Assembly: GCF_004010195.1 (NCBI RefSeq)
Contig: NC_057719.1
Location: 32,837,931-32,901,930, forward strand
Length of the DNA: 64,000 bases
Direction: 5' to 3'
Source: Chiloscyllium plagiosum
Taxonomy: Eukaryota
A program made the translations under genes and the position numbers. Below the pieces are notes generated by a model that was not told where the DNA came from, did no database searches, and saw only the letters and a list, made by a program, of their open reading frames with translations. Below are positions 12,363-24,835 of the stretch, piece by piece (the first letter of the stretch is position 1; the number at the start of each line of letters is the position of its first letter).

Positions 12363-12584
12363 TGGAGAAACTGAGGTCTGCAGATGCTGGAGATCAGAGT
12401 CTAGAGTGTGTTCCTTGAAAAGCACAGCAGGTCAGGCAGCATCCGAGGAGCAGGAAAATCGACGTTTCAGGCCAGAGCACTTCATCAGGAACTTCCTGAT
12501 GAAGGACTCTGGCCCGAAACGCCGATTCTCCTGCTCCTCGGATGCTGCCTGACCTGCTGTGCTTTTCCAGCTAGAAAATCTCAA
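12363..12584. mobile_element. Palindromic PLE pseudo-LTR insertion (family A) with two hammerhead motifs
   Basis: ~75-bp inverted arms (12417-12491 and 12493-12567). TSD ctcatggc(c/t)acttac at 12348-12362 and 12585-12599. Confidence 0.85.
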
Positions 12585-12924
12585 CTCATGGCTACTTACA
12601 GGTGCGTGACTCTACTGACTCCTCCCACACAATCCTACCTCCAGGACAATGGTTTGGGTTGGTGGGCATTAAGGTTGATAGAGGAAACTGACAGGTCAGC
12701 TAGCAGTAAGATACTCTGCATCTACGGACTTCTGCGTTGGCCCTATCAGGGCCAAATCAATTCAACGCGTACATTCAGTTTCCAAAGGTATACTGGTGAC
12801 ATCCAACTCTACCTCTCATCCATCCACCACCTACATGCAGCTGAATTACTTCACTGACATCCAGGCTTGGGGGTTCCAGTTTCCTGTATTTCAACACCTG
12901 ATGTAAGCATATGTGAGCGTAAGA

Positions 12925-13526
12925 TGTATAGTTAGTGAGCTTGCGGATGACACCAAAATTGAAGGTGTAGTGGACAGCGAAGAAGGTTACCGCAGATTAC
13001 AACAGGATCTTGACCAGATGGGCCAATGGCCCTCTTGAAAGGATGTTGTGAAACTTGAAAGGGTTCAGAAAAGATTTACAAGGATGTTGCCAGGGTTGGA
13101 GGATTCGAGCTATAGGGAGAGGCTGAACAGGCTGGGGCTGTTTTCCCTGGAGCGTTGGAGGTTGAGGTGTGATCTTATAAAATTATGAGGGGCATGCAAA
13201 TGAAAAATAGACAAAATCTTTTCCCTGGGGTCGGGGAGTCTAGAACTAGAAAGCATAGGTTTAGGGTGAGAGGGGAAAGATATAAAGGAGATCTAAGGTG
13301 CAACCTTTTCACACGGAGGGTGGTACATTAATGGCATGAGCTGTCAGAGGATGTGGTGGAGGCTGGTACAATTACAACATTGAAAAGGCATCTGGATAGG
13401 TATATGAATAGGAAGGGTTTGGATGCATACTGGCAGGTGGGACTAGATTAAGTTGGGATATCTGGTGGGCATGGATGAGTTGGACAGAAGGGTCTGTTTC
13501 CATACTGTACATCTCTATGACTCTAT
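12925..13526 (+). mobile_element. CR1 3' fragment with an internal deletion of about 0.3 kb
   Basis: Similar to 11310-12240 but jumps at ~13030 from the QDLDQMGQW region to KDVVKLERVQ. Same tail. Confidence 0.9.
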
Positions 13527-13769
13527 GTAACTGTATTTAGATCCTAACAGAATCTCCATATGTTTTCTGTTATTTCCTTTGATCCATGAACCCATGTTCT
13601 TCATTTTCTTACAAAGAGGATATTGATTAATTTCCTTAACATATTTTGTGGGCAGCCCCAGAACAGTCCATTACTGCTAAAGAAAACTCATACAGGTCAG
13701 AGGTTAGAAAACCCATGATGAGTAACTCACCTCCTATCTCCTTTAAACCAGTTCTGCTGAACAAAGTAG

Positions 13770-14305
13770 AGAGTGATGGAATACCCCCATTTGCCTGGAT
13801 GACTGCAGTTCCAACAGCATAAGAAACTTGACACCATCTGGGATAAAGCAGCCCACTTCATTGGCACCCAATCTGACATCATAGACATTCATGGTCCTTC
13901 ACCACAGAAGTACACTGGCAGTAGTACATATCATCTAAAAGATACACAGCAGCTACTCATCAAGGCTCTTCGATGAACCTTCTAAACCTGAGACCTCTAC
14001 CACCTAGAAGTACAAGGGCTGCAGGTATACTGGAGATACACCTCAAAACCACATCCAATCCTGATGCTGAATTACAGTCTTAGCTTGTTTTGAGAAGATT
14101 TGTAGCTCAGGTTGAGGTTTTGGATGGTGTTATTGTGTTGCGCTTTCGCTGTTGCTAGGACAAAATCTTAGAACTCCCCTTCTCACAACATTGTGTTTGT
14201 ACCTCCACCATGTGGACTGCACCAGTTCAAGAAAGTGGTCCAAGGCAATTAAGGATGGGCAACAAATGCTGGTAAAACCACATCCCATGAATGAATTAGA
14301 AAAAT
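13770..14305 (+). mobile_element. 3' fragment of a second LINE family (CR1/L2 group)
   Basis: Tail ggcaattaaggatgggcaacaaatgctgg...catcccatgaatgaatt is shared with ~47590-48290 and 62590-63045. Confidence 0.7.
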
Positions 14306-14704
14306 CATACAAGTACTGAAAAGTTAATTGTTATGATGTAAGACATCATTAATGAAGCTCTTTACAGATCCAGTATTCACAAATTATATTGGGCTGGCTA
14401 GTGTTAATATTTCAAAACCATTTTTCTCATTGGAATACTACAACACATTATCTTAAGTTGCATTAATAATGCTGTCATTGCGCCGAAATAACTTTGCAGT
14501 CACACTGATAACTGTAGAACTCTGCCAATATCTGTTTAATTACATTTTAATTTAAGATGATAGAACAGATTATTACTGCATTTATTTGTTCACTGTGAAT
14601 ATTAGACTTTGTCCGCATTAAATTGTTGATTTATAATATGCTTTGTTATCACACCATGTTTTTAATGCATTAATACACAAAGAAATTAAGTGGATATTTT
14701 TAAA

Positions 14705-14935
14705 CAAAAACAAAATACAGCAGACACCGGAAATATGTAATAAAAAGAAAGTACTGGACAAATACTGTAGTTCCAGCAGCATCTGTGGAGAAGGAAGCAA
14801 AGTTAATGTCTCAAGCTTCATGTGACCTTTCTTTGGAAGAAGATTTATACAGGTTCAAAATATTAATTCTGTTTCTCTTTCCACAGATGCTGTCAGACCT
14901 ACGAGTTTCTCTAGCACTTACTGTTTTTATTTGTG
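14705..14935. mobile_element. Old palindromic PLE pseudo-LTR pair (family C-like)
   Basis: Inverted pair cagcatctgtggag (~14778) and tccacagatgctg (~14880). Resembles the ends of the 21047-21795 element. Confidence 0.6.
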
Positions 14936-15063
14936 CATTTCTAATGCTTTGGAAGCATAGAACTGAACTGCTCCCATGTTTAACAGAGATATATTCAATT
15001 ACAACAATATCTTAACATACTGATAGATCAGCGATTGAATGTCTTGTGTTCCTAATTACTAAT

Positions 15064-15339
15064 GATTTGGAAATGCCGGTGTTGGACTGGGGTGTACAAA
15101 GTTAAAAATCACACAAACCAGGTTAGAGTCCAACAGCTGAAAATGTGTTGATGGAAAAACACAGCAGGTCAGGCAGCATCCAAGGAGCAGGAGAATCGAT
15201 GTTTCGGGCTTGAGCCCTTCTTCAGTCTTTTGCAGCGCCGCTCCTTCATCAGGTGGTAGATGAAGGAGCGATGCTCCGAAAGCTAGTGTGCTTCCAATTA
15301 AACCTGTTGGACTATAACCTGGTGTTTTGTGATTTTTAA
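15064..15339. mobile_element. Palindromic PLE insertion (family B) with an embedded family A piece (~15137-15225)
   Basis: Arms match 47981-48178. TSD ctaattactaat at 15052-15063 and 15340-15351. Confidence 0.85.
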
Positions 15340-15364
15340 CTAATTACTAATAACAGTGTCAGAG

Positions 15365-16200
15365 AAACAGGAAGCATAAGGACTCAGGCCTTTCAATCAG
15401 GCCTCAGGACTCTGCCAATCAAAAGAATCATGACTGAACTTCTCTCTTAGCTACACCTTACATTATCCACATAGCTTTAGATTCCTCTCGTATCCAAATA
15501 ATTTATCAATCTCTTGACTTGAAAATACTCAATTCCTCAAACACTCTGGAGCTCTCAGGAGGTAGAGAATTCTGTAGATGGACAATGCTTTGAGTGAAGA
15601 GATTCCTCCTCAATTCAGTGTTAAATGACCAGTTTCAAATTTCTAGATTCCCCACCAGATCAATCTTCCTCTCAGCTTTTATGCTACCAAGCTATCTAAA
15701 GATTAAATTATCTCTCATTCTTCCAAGCTGTGTGGAACACAAACCTATCCTGCTCAATTTCTTATGATAAAATAATTACTTTTCCCCAGAAATCAGCGTG
15801 TTGAATCTTCATCACACTCGTCTTAAGGCAAGAAATCCCTCCTTTACTTAGGACATAAGATGTGCACATAATACTGAAGGTGTGATCTCATCATGGCACA
15901 TAATGATTTCATTAAGACTTATTCATTCTATTATTCTCTCATTCCTTTGCATAAAATACAATAAATCATTTGTTTTTAAATGTTTGTTACACCTGCATGT
16001 TAACTTTCTGTGACTTATGCACAAGGGCACACAATTTCTCCAGTTTATCATCAATTAAAAAATAATCTGTTTCTCAGTGTTTCCTACAAAAATGCTCACA
16101 TCTCCACATTATATTCCATCTGCTACTTTCCTCAAAATGCACTTCACCTGAAAAAATTCAAGGATAGGTCATTCTTTCTCTGTTCATCATCTTGGAATTT
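15365..16200 (-). mobile_element. Old CR1 3' fragment
   Basis: Degraded reverse complement of CR1 3' UTR and ORF2 end (gagtgaagagattcctcctcaattcagtgttaaatg). Confidence 0.6.
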
Positions 16201-18200
16201 TTGAATTCCAACATTTTATTTCTGCTCAAATAGCAGATGGGTTTCACTCAAGTTAAAATAAATGCTTTGCTGTTAAATTTGCACTATCTTAAATTCCAGT
16301 TCACTTAAATTCTGTTTGATTTTCTTTATTGTATCCAAGAAGTGTTCAAACATCCCTTAAAAATGACTTCCCTGATAGAATGCTAAGGATGCCGAGTCCT
16401 AGCTCAAACCTACATTTCATTGCACAGATGCTGTACAAAAGCCCTTAGTTGGAATAAAGCTTAATTTCTGTAATAAATCTGTTTAATATCAGACCAAATT
16501 TGGCCCTTCTCTGTTATTAATAATGAATTATCATTGGGAGGAACACTAACATTTGAAATTTTCAGTGCTCATTTATTACAGGGGTTAATGTCCATAGCAA
16601 TTGTTAAACTCATCAATATGTTGAACAATACAGGAATTTGCAGAGTACACAGGACATTAAAAAGATTTTACTTCCTAAATAAATTTATTGTGCCTCTGCT
16701 TTCTGTGAACTGTTCTGTTTTTGACAATTAGTGATAAATAACTGAATTTTTCAGACTACCACAAATTTGGTATATTAAAAATAACAGTCGATCATGCTGT
16801 TGAATACATATTGCCAATATAAAACCTGCAGCTTTCTCTATACCTGTTAATTATACCTGCATAAATTATATTTGCTAACTTTCAACATTTGCCACTGCTC
16901 TTAATTTCACAATTCCCACTTCAAATTTTTCTCAATTAAAGGGCTTCATCCACCATTAAATCCACTTCCTCAAAAACACGGACAGTCTAGACAGTAATGA
17001 TAAAAATATGTTTGAATTAGCGACAAATGCAGGAGGTGATGTCAGAGAAAGGGGATTTCTTTTGACTTTGTCAATTTATACAGAAGAATCCATTATCTTT
17101 CAAACCCAGAACAGAGTCTCTCTGGTCAGAACTCCCAAATATTGTGATGGCAATGTCAGACTTTCCAGCTGCAGCCCCCAGATATTTGTACTTTTAGAGT
17201 TAAGCACTTCACATGATTGTTCATTGAAGCTAGTGTTTAGTGTTTAGAGTTAGTTCCTCAGATCTGCTTATTTCACCCCATGTTTCACAACTAAACAGAT
17301 ACACAGAAGCAGCTTTACGTCAGTTCCCCAGCCTTGCTACAACTGTGACTTACCCAAATTTACATGGAGGTCATTGCATTCCTTTCTGAAAGTGTACACC
17401 AATACACTCACACACCCTCAGTCAATATGGATCTGGATTTCACATCGAAGTTTGGTAGCAGATTACAGTATAAATCAGGGAGACAGTTGCATGAAACTTT
17501 TACATTGAAATGATACTGTCTCAGATGCATATCATGATATGTACAGCTGTAGAATTAATGCTTGGGCTTTGGATGGGCAAAGTGGACACCAGCAGTTTTA
17601 TTTCATCCAATCTGTTCAGTGTTCCTGAGAGTCTGTTGTGTGCTGCAGGCCCAAATGCACATGAAACTGGCTGGAGATTTTTTGAACTCAATTCACTGAG
17701 ACACCTTCCAGCCAGGAGACAGAACAAACAAACAAACTTTCATCAAATTAGATCAGACAAGTTTTGATGTCAGGACCTTGAGGCAAAAGCAGAATATACT
17801 GAGATACTGTGTCATCCTGTCCTTCCCTGTTGCCTGGTGGAAGTTGTTATAAAACATCTTTTATCGCACTTAAATTTTATGTCAATAGACGGTAAGAAGT
17901 ACACACTGTGCAAAGGGAAGGTTTGGACAGACTTAGTAATCAACGAGAAATGTTGCAACATTTTTCCTTAATTTCATACCTTCCTCACTCAGCCAACTGC
18001 CTAAAAATCTGGTCATGCCTTAGCAGCCATCTCATTGAAATGGGGATTTCAATGTCAAATGAATACTGCATTGAACTTTCTTGTTTGATCATTTCCAAAT
18101 TTTGATGAAAAGTCATTTGCTGGAAAGAAACAACATTGAAATAACCTCATTGTTCTACACACAGAGGTGCACCATGTCCACTATCAGCAGCATAGAACAA

Positions 18201-20084
18201 TGGCGGGAATCTTATTGGGATCTGAACAATGTGGGCTGTGGAGAAATTTGTGGCAGAATTAGACTAGAATTCCATAGAGGCCAATCTTGACATCAGGAGT
18301 ATCTCGCTGCATCTTTTGGGGTGGATTGCCAATTAAGAGGGATTGCTGCTTGTTAAATGCAGTGTTGATGATCCAACACCCTTCATTAATATTCAGATGT
18401 TGTGTCAAATTTGCCAAACAAGCTAGATACTGAGAAAACATGACATGGAAATCGGAACCTGGTGGATTCAGCTCCCCACTTGCACCAAAGGACCTCCATG
18501 TTGGACATCGAGCAGCAATATTTTAGGTCACATTCAAAGGATATGGACCGCATGCACTGCACGTCCATGAACATTGGTATCTGAAATGTGCCGGTCTGTA
18601 AGACTGCTAATGGCAGATTTCCAATTCATTTACATGTACTCCTTTACTTCAATGCTGCCATGGATAACTATCATTGTAAAGCTGTAACAAGGACAGTGTG
18701 TGTCAAGGACTTACATTCATTTCCATGGACTCAACTATGGTGTATCTCTGGGATCTTTACTTACTGTCATAGTTCTCACTCACTCTCAGTTTACCTGAAT
18801 GTCTTGCCTTGTCTTACCTTTGTGTACTTTGCTCCCTCAGCCAGAAATATCAGGCTCATATTACTGCTGTGTTGCTTTGCCTGGTTTTACGCAGTTAAAA
18901 TCGCATAACACCAGGTTATGGCTCAACATGTACATTTGGAAGTACGAGCTTTTAGAGCATTGCTCCTTCATTAGGTAACTAGTTATGATTTTTAACTTTG
19001 TCCACCCCAGTCCAACACCGACACCTCCACATCGTGGTATTACACTGTCACAAAGCCAAGAAGCTTTTCATGGTATTGAGCTAGCCTCAGTAAAGCCAAG
19101 GGAGATAACCTTTGCTCAGGGACCCCAGCACAATAAGTCAAGACCAGCCTCTGATGCCAGTCCTGGAACTTGGAAATAGTCAGTTAGTCACTTGGGGTGG
19201 TGAGAGTCAGGATGGTCTCCACATAATGAATGAGGAGCTGAACATCAGACAGCCCACCACCCAACTTGAGGTTTACTGTCCTGCTGGGGGGAGCTACTTT
19301 ACTCCTGGAATGAGAAAGAGACGCATATTAAGGGAGATGAAAGTGCATGGTACAGCGGTTATGTTTGTGCAGGTCAAGAGGTGTCCCAAGTGAGTAAGTA
19401 GGCAGCACAGGGTTAGTGATTTTGGGGATTGGGCTGCGTGACAGTGAGTGAGGGAAGATGTTACAGCCAATAGTGGAAGTGGTACAGTGGTACAGGAGCA
19501 GAGGTGGAATAGGTGGGAGGTATCGGATGGTGGCAATTACAATGGTGGAAAGATGAAGGTCATTGACCATCCTTCATCCTGTACATTTCTTCAAATGGAT
19601 GTGAATGGTTTAACACAGATGGCAACCTTGGACCAAGCTGCAAGGTCTGGTGATGTGACCTCCATTGGTGGGCCTTAGCGAAGAGGAGCTCCTGCCTCTG
19701 CATCACCCATCCCAGCAGGAGCTCCAGGCTCCTTCCTGCACATTGGGTTACTGATTTCCCATTGGCTGCCATGTGCGAGGCAATTGTCAGGAACTATGCA
19801 GAGCAGCTCTGGACTAACAGTGCTTACCCAGGTGCATAATACACTTTTACGCATGGTACAGGCAAAGGATGTCAGTGAATTCCAGGATAACTGGTGAATA
19901 AAAAATGGCCTGGGTATGACATTGTAAACTCGGGTTGCAACTGGATGTAATGGATGTCGATTAAGTAGTTAATGAAGTGAGTGTGTTAAAATACAGTGAG
20001 AAAACTTGCTGTGCTCCGCAACAGAAATTGCTGCAGAAATTTGACCCAGCTCAGACTTAACCAAACAAACATAAGATACAGCCT
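18201..20084 (-). mobile_element. Probable decayed PIF/Harbinger element with Myb/SANT-like ORF remnant (~19550-19772)
   Basis: Minus strand MAANGK...RSLELLLGWVMQRQELLF...RSHHQTL / AWSKVA...RN / RMVNDL resembles the trihelix pattern (L..L...V..R...LF...AW..VA...C.K..NDL). Weak TIR-like ends ggcgggaatcttat and ataagatacagcc. Confidence 0.5.
18894..19033. mobile_element. Degraded PLE family B insertion
   Basis: gttaaaatcgcataacaccaggttat...gctccttcattaggt, then gatttttaactttgtccaccccagtccaacacc; same layout as 47981-48178. Confidence 0.8.
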
Positions 20085-20377
20085 TATGTTTTAGGTGCCC
20101 TATTTTGTGTTGTCTTATTCACAATATATCATCACAGTCTACAAGATGTCAGTAGAACTTAGTCTTTGGAAGCTCGTGGTTGGGTTTGATAAATATTATT
20201 TTTTTAAAATGATTATATTTTTAAAAATCTCTGTTGCTTAGGGAGTGAAGACATAGCTGCAGACTCACTATGCACCCAGTGTATTCTGTTGACATTCGTA
20301 AAATTAATTGTTGTGACTCCCATTGCTCCTATTATCTACTTGTAGAAATAAATCGGTCAACCTGGATTAACATAATA

Positions 20378-20830
20378 CCATAAAGCATAAGGGCAGAAGT
20401 AGCCATTCAGCCCATCAAGCCAGTTCTGCTGTTCAATCAGGTCACATGTGATCTGATTATCCTCAACTATATTGGCCTGTCTTTTCCCTGTAATCTTTGA
20501 TTTCCTTACTGATTGGAAGTCTGTCTATCTCAACTTTGAATATAGTTAACAACCCAGTCTCAACAGCCCTCTGAGGTAAAGAATTTCACAGATTCACTAT
20601 CCTTAGTGAAGGAAGTCCTCCTCATCTCCATTTCAGATGTGCAATTCCTTATTCTGAAATGATGCCCTTGACATTCCCCACAAAGGGAAACAGTCTTCCA
20701 ACATTTACCCTGTCAAGTCCCCTAAGAATCATGTATGCTTCAATAAGATCATCCTTCATTCTTCTATAATCCAGTGAGTATAGATCAATCTATTCCACCT
20801 CTCCACATAAAACATAAAATTTCTCTCTGA
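20378..20830 (-). mobile_element. Older CR1 3' fragment
   Basis: ccataaagcataagggcagaagtagccattcagcccatcaag... is the reverse complement of the CR1 3' UTR seen at 6150-6255. Confidence 0.75.
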
Positions 20831-21046
20831 ACCCTGGAGCTGAAATGAGTTGCTCTTCCCTGTCGATCATGAGACACTGAACTGAGCACCCCAATTACCT
20901 TCTGCAAGCAGTGACATCAGCATCAGGTCCAAGCACGTTTGGACATTTGAAGGAAATTTGTGTCAAGATAGGAAGATAGGGATCAGCAAATCCAAATGTC
21001 ACACTGCACACAGTGAAACCTACAAATAACAGAACCTCCCAGTATT

Positions 21047-21795
21047 AGAATAAAACAAAGAATTGCAGATGCTGAAAATCCAAAACAAAAACAGACATTG
21101 CTGAGAAACTCAGCAGATCTTGCAGCATCTGTGGAGAGAGAAACAGAATTAACATTTTAAGTCCAGTGACCATCCTTCAGAACTGATAGTAACTAAGAAA
21201 AGTTGTTTTATATGTAAAGGTGGATCATAAGCCACCATTTCTGCCATCTCTAGCAGAATGCCACTACAAGACACATTTCTCCTGTCTTCCCTTGTCAACA
21301 TTTCATAGGTTCCCCTCAGGACACCTTGATCTACGCTTCCTCCACTCCCAACACCATCCACATCTCTATGGCACCTACCGATGCAATTGTTAAAGGTATA
21401 ACAATTGCCCATTTGTCTACTCACTATCTAAGGCTCGAGATCAACCTTCCAGATGAAGCAGCAATTTACCTCGACTGCACTCAAACTAGTTTACTGTGCT
21501 TGCTGCTCACAATGTGGTCTCCTCTACACTGGGGAGATAAAACGCACACTGGATGACTACTTTGCTGAACACCTTTTGTCTCGCTACCTGTCATTCTTTC
21601 TCTCTCTCTGGGCTCCATTTCTGCCCATCTGCACATTCCTTTGCCACCGCACCCCACTCCTGACCTTTAGCTTATATACCATGTTTTCCTGGCTACTTCT
21701 GAAGAAAGGTCACTGAACCTGAAACATTAAGTCTGCTTCTTCTCCACAGTTGCCAGACTTGCTGAATTTCTCCAACGATTTCAGTTTTTGTTTTC
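21047..21795 (+). mobile_element. Degenerate PLE (family C) with GIY-YIG fragment and inverted pseudo-LTRs
   Basis: ORF 21453: FTSTALKLVYCACCSQCGLLYTGEIKRTLDDYFAEHL. Inverted ends at ~21050-21185 and ~21695-21795. Hammerhead motif actt CTGAAGA a aggt-cactga-acct GAAA ca TT aagt at 21695-21732. Confidence 0.8.
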
Positions 21796-22446
21796 CCTAC
21801 ACATTAGTATAAATCTTTAAATAATCCACAACATGTGGACTGTTCCCTCAGTTAGTTCACCCAGATCACTAACACAGATATTATTGACTAATAATCCTCA
21901 CAGAAATTCCTGCAGGACTCTGCATTATCAAGTTCCATGCAAGAGGACGACTATTAATAACAATCTTCTGATTGCTAACATGCAACCAATTTTTTATCTC
22001 TCCTGTAGTCTGCTCTTTCAGTCCTAAATTATCAACATGATGTTAATGGTATTCCGTCTAGGTAATGATCATTTGCAAGTGACAAACAAATCGACTGCTT
22101 CAGAATAGTTAACTGAGAGAGCTTAAAAAGTTTGAAACCAAAGTCTAATGAAAAAATCAGACATCATTTGGGGAGTACACATTTTCAAGGTATTTCTTCA
22201 AAAGATTTTTTAAAAGTCTTTTTTAATGCTACCTAATATGAAAATTTCCACAGGGTGCTGGAGTTGGCACACATGAAAGTGAAGGCATCTTTGTTTGAAA
22301 AATTGTGCTTTGTAAATACATGGTGGCAGACCCCAATTCAAAATTTAACAAATCACATAATTATGGTCACAATCCTCCAACCAGAAAAAGAACCAAATAG
22401 TACAAATAGATTGGTGAGTCCATAGAAGAAAAGAAAATGCACTTAC

Positions 22447-22470
22447 CTAAATGTGGATTCGTCATGGGAG
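22447..22470 (-). CDS. MDGA2: MDGA2 24-nt microexon, FNIII-MAM linker, (A)PMTNPHL(G)
   Basis: Minus strand: cctttttgttttatttatag|CTCCCATGACGAATCCACATTTAG|gtaagt. Phase 1-1, keeps frame between the flanking exons. Peptide resembles the APVNPHL linker I recall from mammalian MDGA2. Confidence 0.88.
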
Positions 22471-23710
22471 CTATAAATAAAACAAAAAGGAATTTTGAGC
22501 CCCTTGCACATTATTACACTATTTCCACAACTCTACATATTTCTGTTCATTCCAGTTTGTCATGTGTCACTTAAAACCAAAACAAGCCAAATATATTTTA
22601 CCATATTAATTCATTCACACTTACCTAGCCTTGAGATCAGTGCTACCATAGTCCCATTAAGCCAATATTTTAATTCAAACATTTCTTTTGAAACGGAGAA
22701 CCAAAGGTTAGAGATTAGTTTAAGTGATGACAGTTAGCTACAGCACATCATTAAATGCATAACATAAAAGCAGTGTTAATTCTTGAAACACCTTTTCAGT
22801 TCCTTTTCTTTAACATTACAATAGTTTTTGCTTCAACCTTTTCAAATACTATCACAAGTCATAGCTCTTTGTGAATTTAAGCTTGTTCTTCATCTGCTGA
22901 GATATTCTTCCAATGCGTCCTGGGAATTCAGAGAAAACTGCTCACATTGTTATTATATACTTTTTAATTCTCTCTCATGTTTTCACATAATCATTGTTTC
23001 TGGACGGCAGCAGAATAATGATGCACTGGGTTACAAGGCTGATAATTCTTTTTGTACTGTCGCTTCTATCAATGAAGAACATTGTGTGGGCCATGTGTGT
23101 ACAAGTGGCATCACTATCTGCCCTGGGGAAATTACTGTAAATCTGCACAGCACCAGTAGAAATGAAATGCTGCACAAAACAATTTCTCCCCCCATATATT
23201 TAGCAATCAGATGAAACTATTAAACACTAATGAACAGATAGATGATCATGTTTATGCATATTACAAAAGTTTTAAACTTAACAAACTTCCTTGTGAACTG
23301 GAAAGCAACTATACGAGAAGTGAGTGGGAAAAAAGGGAAAAGAATTGATTTAATTTGGGTATTTATTGAGAAAATTAGTTGATAATAGGAGTCAAGGTTT
23401 AAGGAAACAGGCATTGCTCAGACTGGAGGAAGGTTGGAAGTGATGTGACAGAAAGTACTAATTTCTAACTTTGGTTCTTGATGTTTTTAAGAGATTGGGA
23501 TTAACAACACAATATGTTTGGTAAAGAAAAGAATGTGATTGTGCTTTGATGTGAAAGATATGAAAAGTGTGACTGAACAGAGGAATATAAAAGTACAAAG
23601 ATGGAAACATCTGAAAGTATGGAATCAGGTCGATAAATCCAGAAGAAGACCAATAGCATGTTGAATTTTACACCGAGGAACGTTGTGAAACAAGTGTGAA
23701 AAAGCAAGTG

Positions 23711-23830
23711 TATGGTGTGCTGAAACGTCCAATTCCTGCTCCTCGGATGCTGCCTGACCTGCTGTGCTTTTCCAGCCCCACACTCTCGACTCTAATCTCC
23801 AGCATTTGCAGTCCTCACTTTTGCCTAGTA
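23711..23830 (+). mobile_element. Short PLE family A 3'-end insertion
   Basis: gaaacgtcc...ggatgctgcctgacctgctgtgcttttccagc...tgcagtcctcacttt. TSD aaaaagcaagtg at 23699-23710 and 23831-23842. Confidence 0.85.
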
Positions 23831-24359
23831 AAAAAGCAAGTGACTGTTGAAAAACCATGTTTAGCATACCCAATGACAGAAAAGCCACTTTAGCCAAATA
23901 TTGTGCTCCACTGATTGACCCAGACGTTGCCAGAGATAGGAACAGTAATTAGGAGAAGAAATACGAGGTACTGGCAATATTTCCATTGGAACAGATGAGG
24001 CTAAATGGAGGTTGAATTGAATACATTTATTAAATTACAGCGAACCTTGTGAAGAATTATTTAACTGGCATCTGGAGGAAGCAGCAAGTGACCCTCAGTC
24101 TTTTTTTGAATGAGAGATTGTGGAAGTTTGCCTTCTTAAAGGATTGTTAAACTATATTTCACATTTGACTCCAAGATGAGCTCCTGGCTACATAGCGATA
24201 AATTCAGTAAGATCGCCTTTCTACTATGCTATCATTTCTCGACCATATCCTGTTTTCGGCTATTCTATTACTGAATAATCACTCATACTTTTCTTATCTC
24301 TGGACTCATTTATGCCAGTATATCACTGGCTGGTTTCCACATCATATCCTTTGTAAGCT

Positions 24360-24835
24360 TGAACTCACCAAACATTCTGCCTTCCCTGTCCTGAAATGCA
24401 TCGAATCATATGTAACCCCTGTGCTTGCGAACCGAAAATAGTTACTGGGCAAACATTATCTTGGTTTAAAATTCTATCCTTTTTTTCACATTCTTCCAAG
24501 ACTCAAGCTTCATTATCGCTGTAATCTCCTCCAGCTCTACATCCCTCCGACATATCTTTGTTTATCTAAATCTAGCCTCTCTAATATACTTGAATTTTAA
24601 TCCATCATTAGAGGCCACACCTGGTCCTAAGATCTGGAAATCCTTCTTCACATGTCTCTGACTCTTTACCTCTCTTTCTTCCTCAAATATTTCCGTTAAA
24701 ACCTTCTGCTTTGACAAAGCTTTTGGCCGTCTATTCTCATTATCATCTATGTGGCTTAGTGTCTAATTTGCTATGTAATGCTTCTGCAAAAGCCTAGGAA
24801 CATTTTCTTATGTTAAAAGTGCTTTATAAATATAT
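24360..24835 (+). mobile_element. Old L2-type 3' fragment
   Basis: Ends ...gcctaggaacattttcttatgttaaaagtgctttataaat. Similar tails at ~34140-34205, 45930-46245 and ~60350-60415. Confidence 0.6.

Noticed and set aside
12417..12567. Palindromes as MITEs or pre-miRNAs
   Set aside because: Arms are asymmetric, match the pseudo-LTR of the RT-encoding PLE at 6535-9485, and have long 12-15 bp TSDs. No small-RNA evidence is available.
22471..22520. SRRM4-type UGC enhancer upstream of the microexon
   Set aside because: The nearest UGC on the sense strand is ~35 nt from the acceptor, outside the usual close window, and I saw no nearby UGCAUG.
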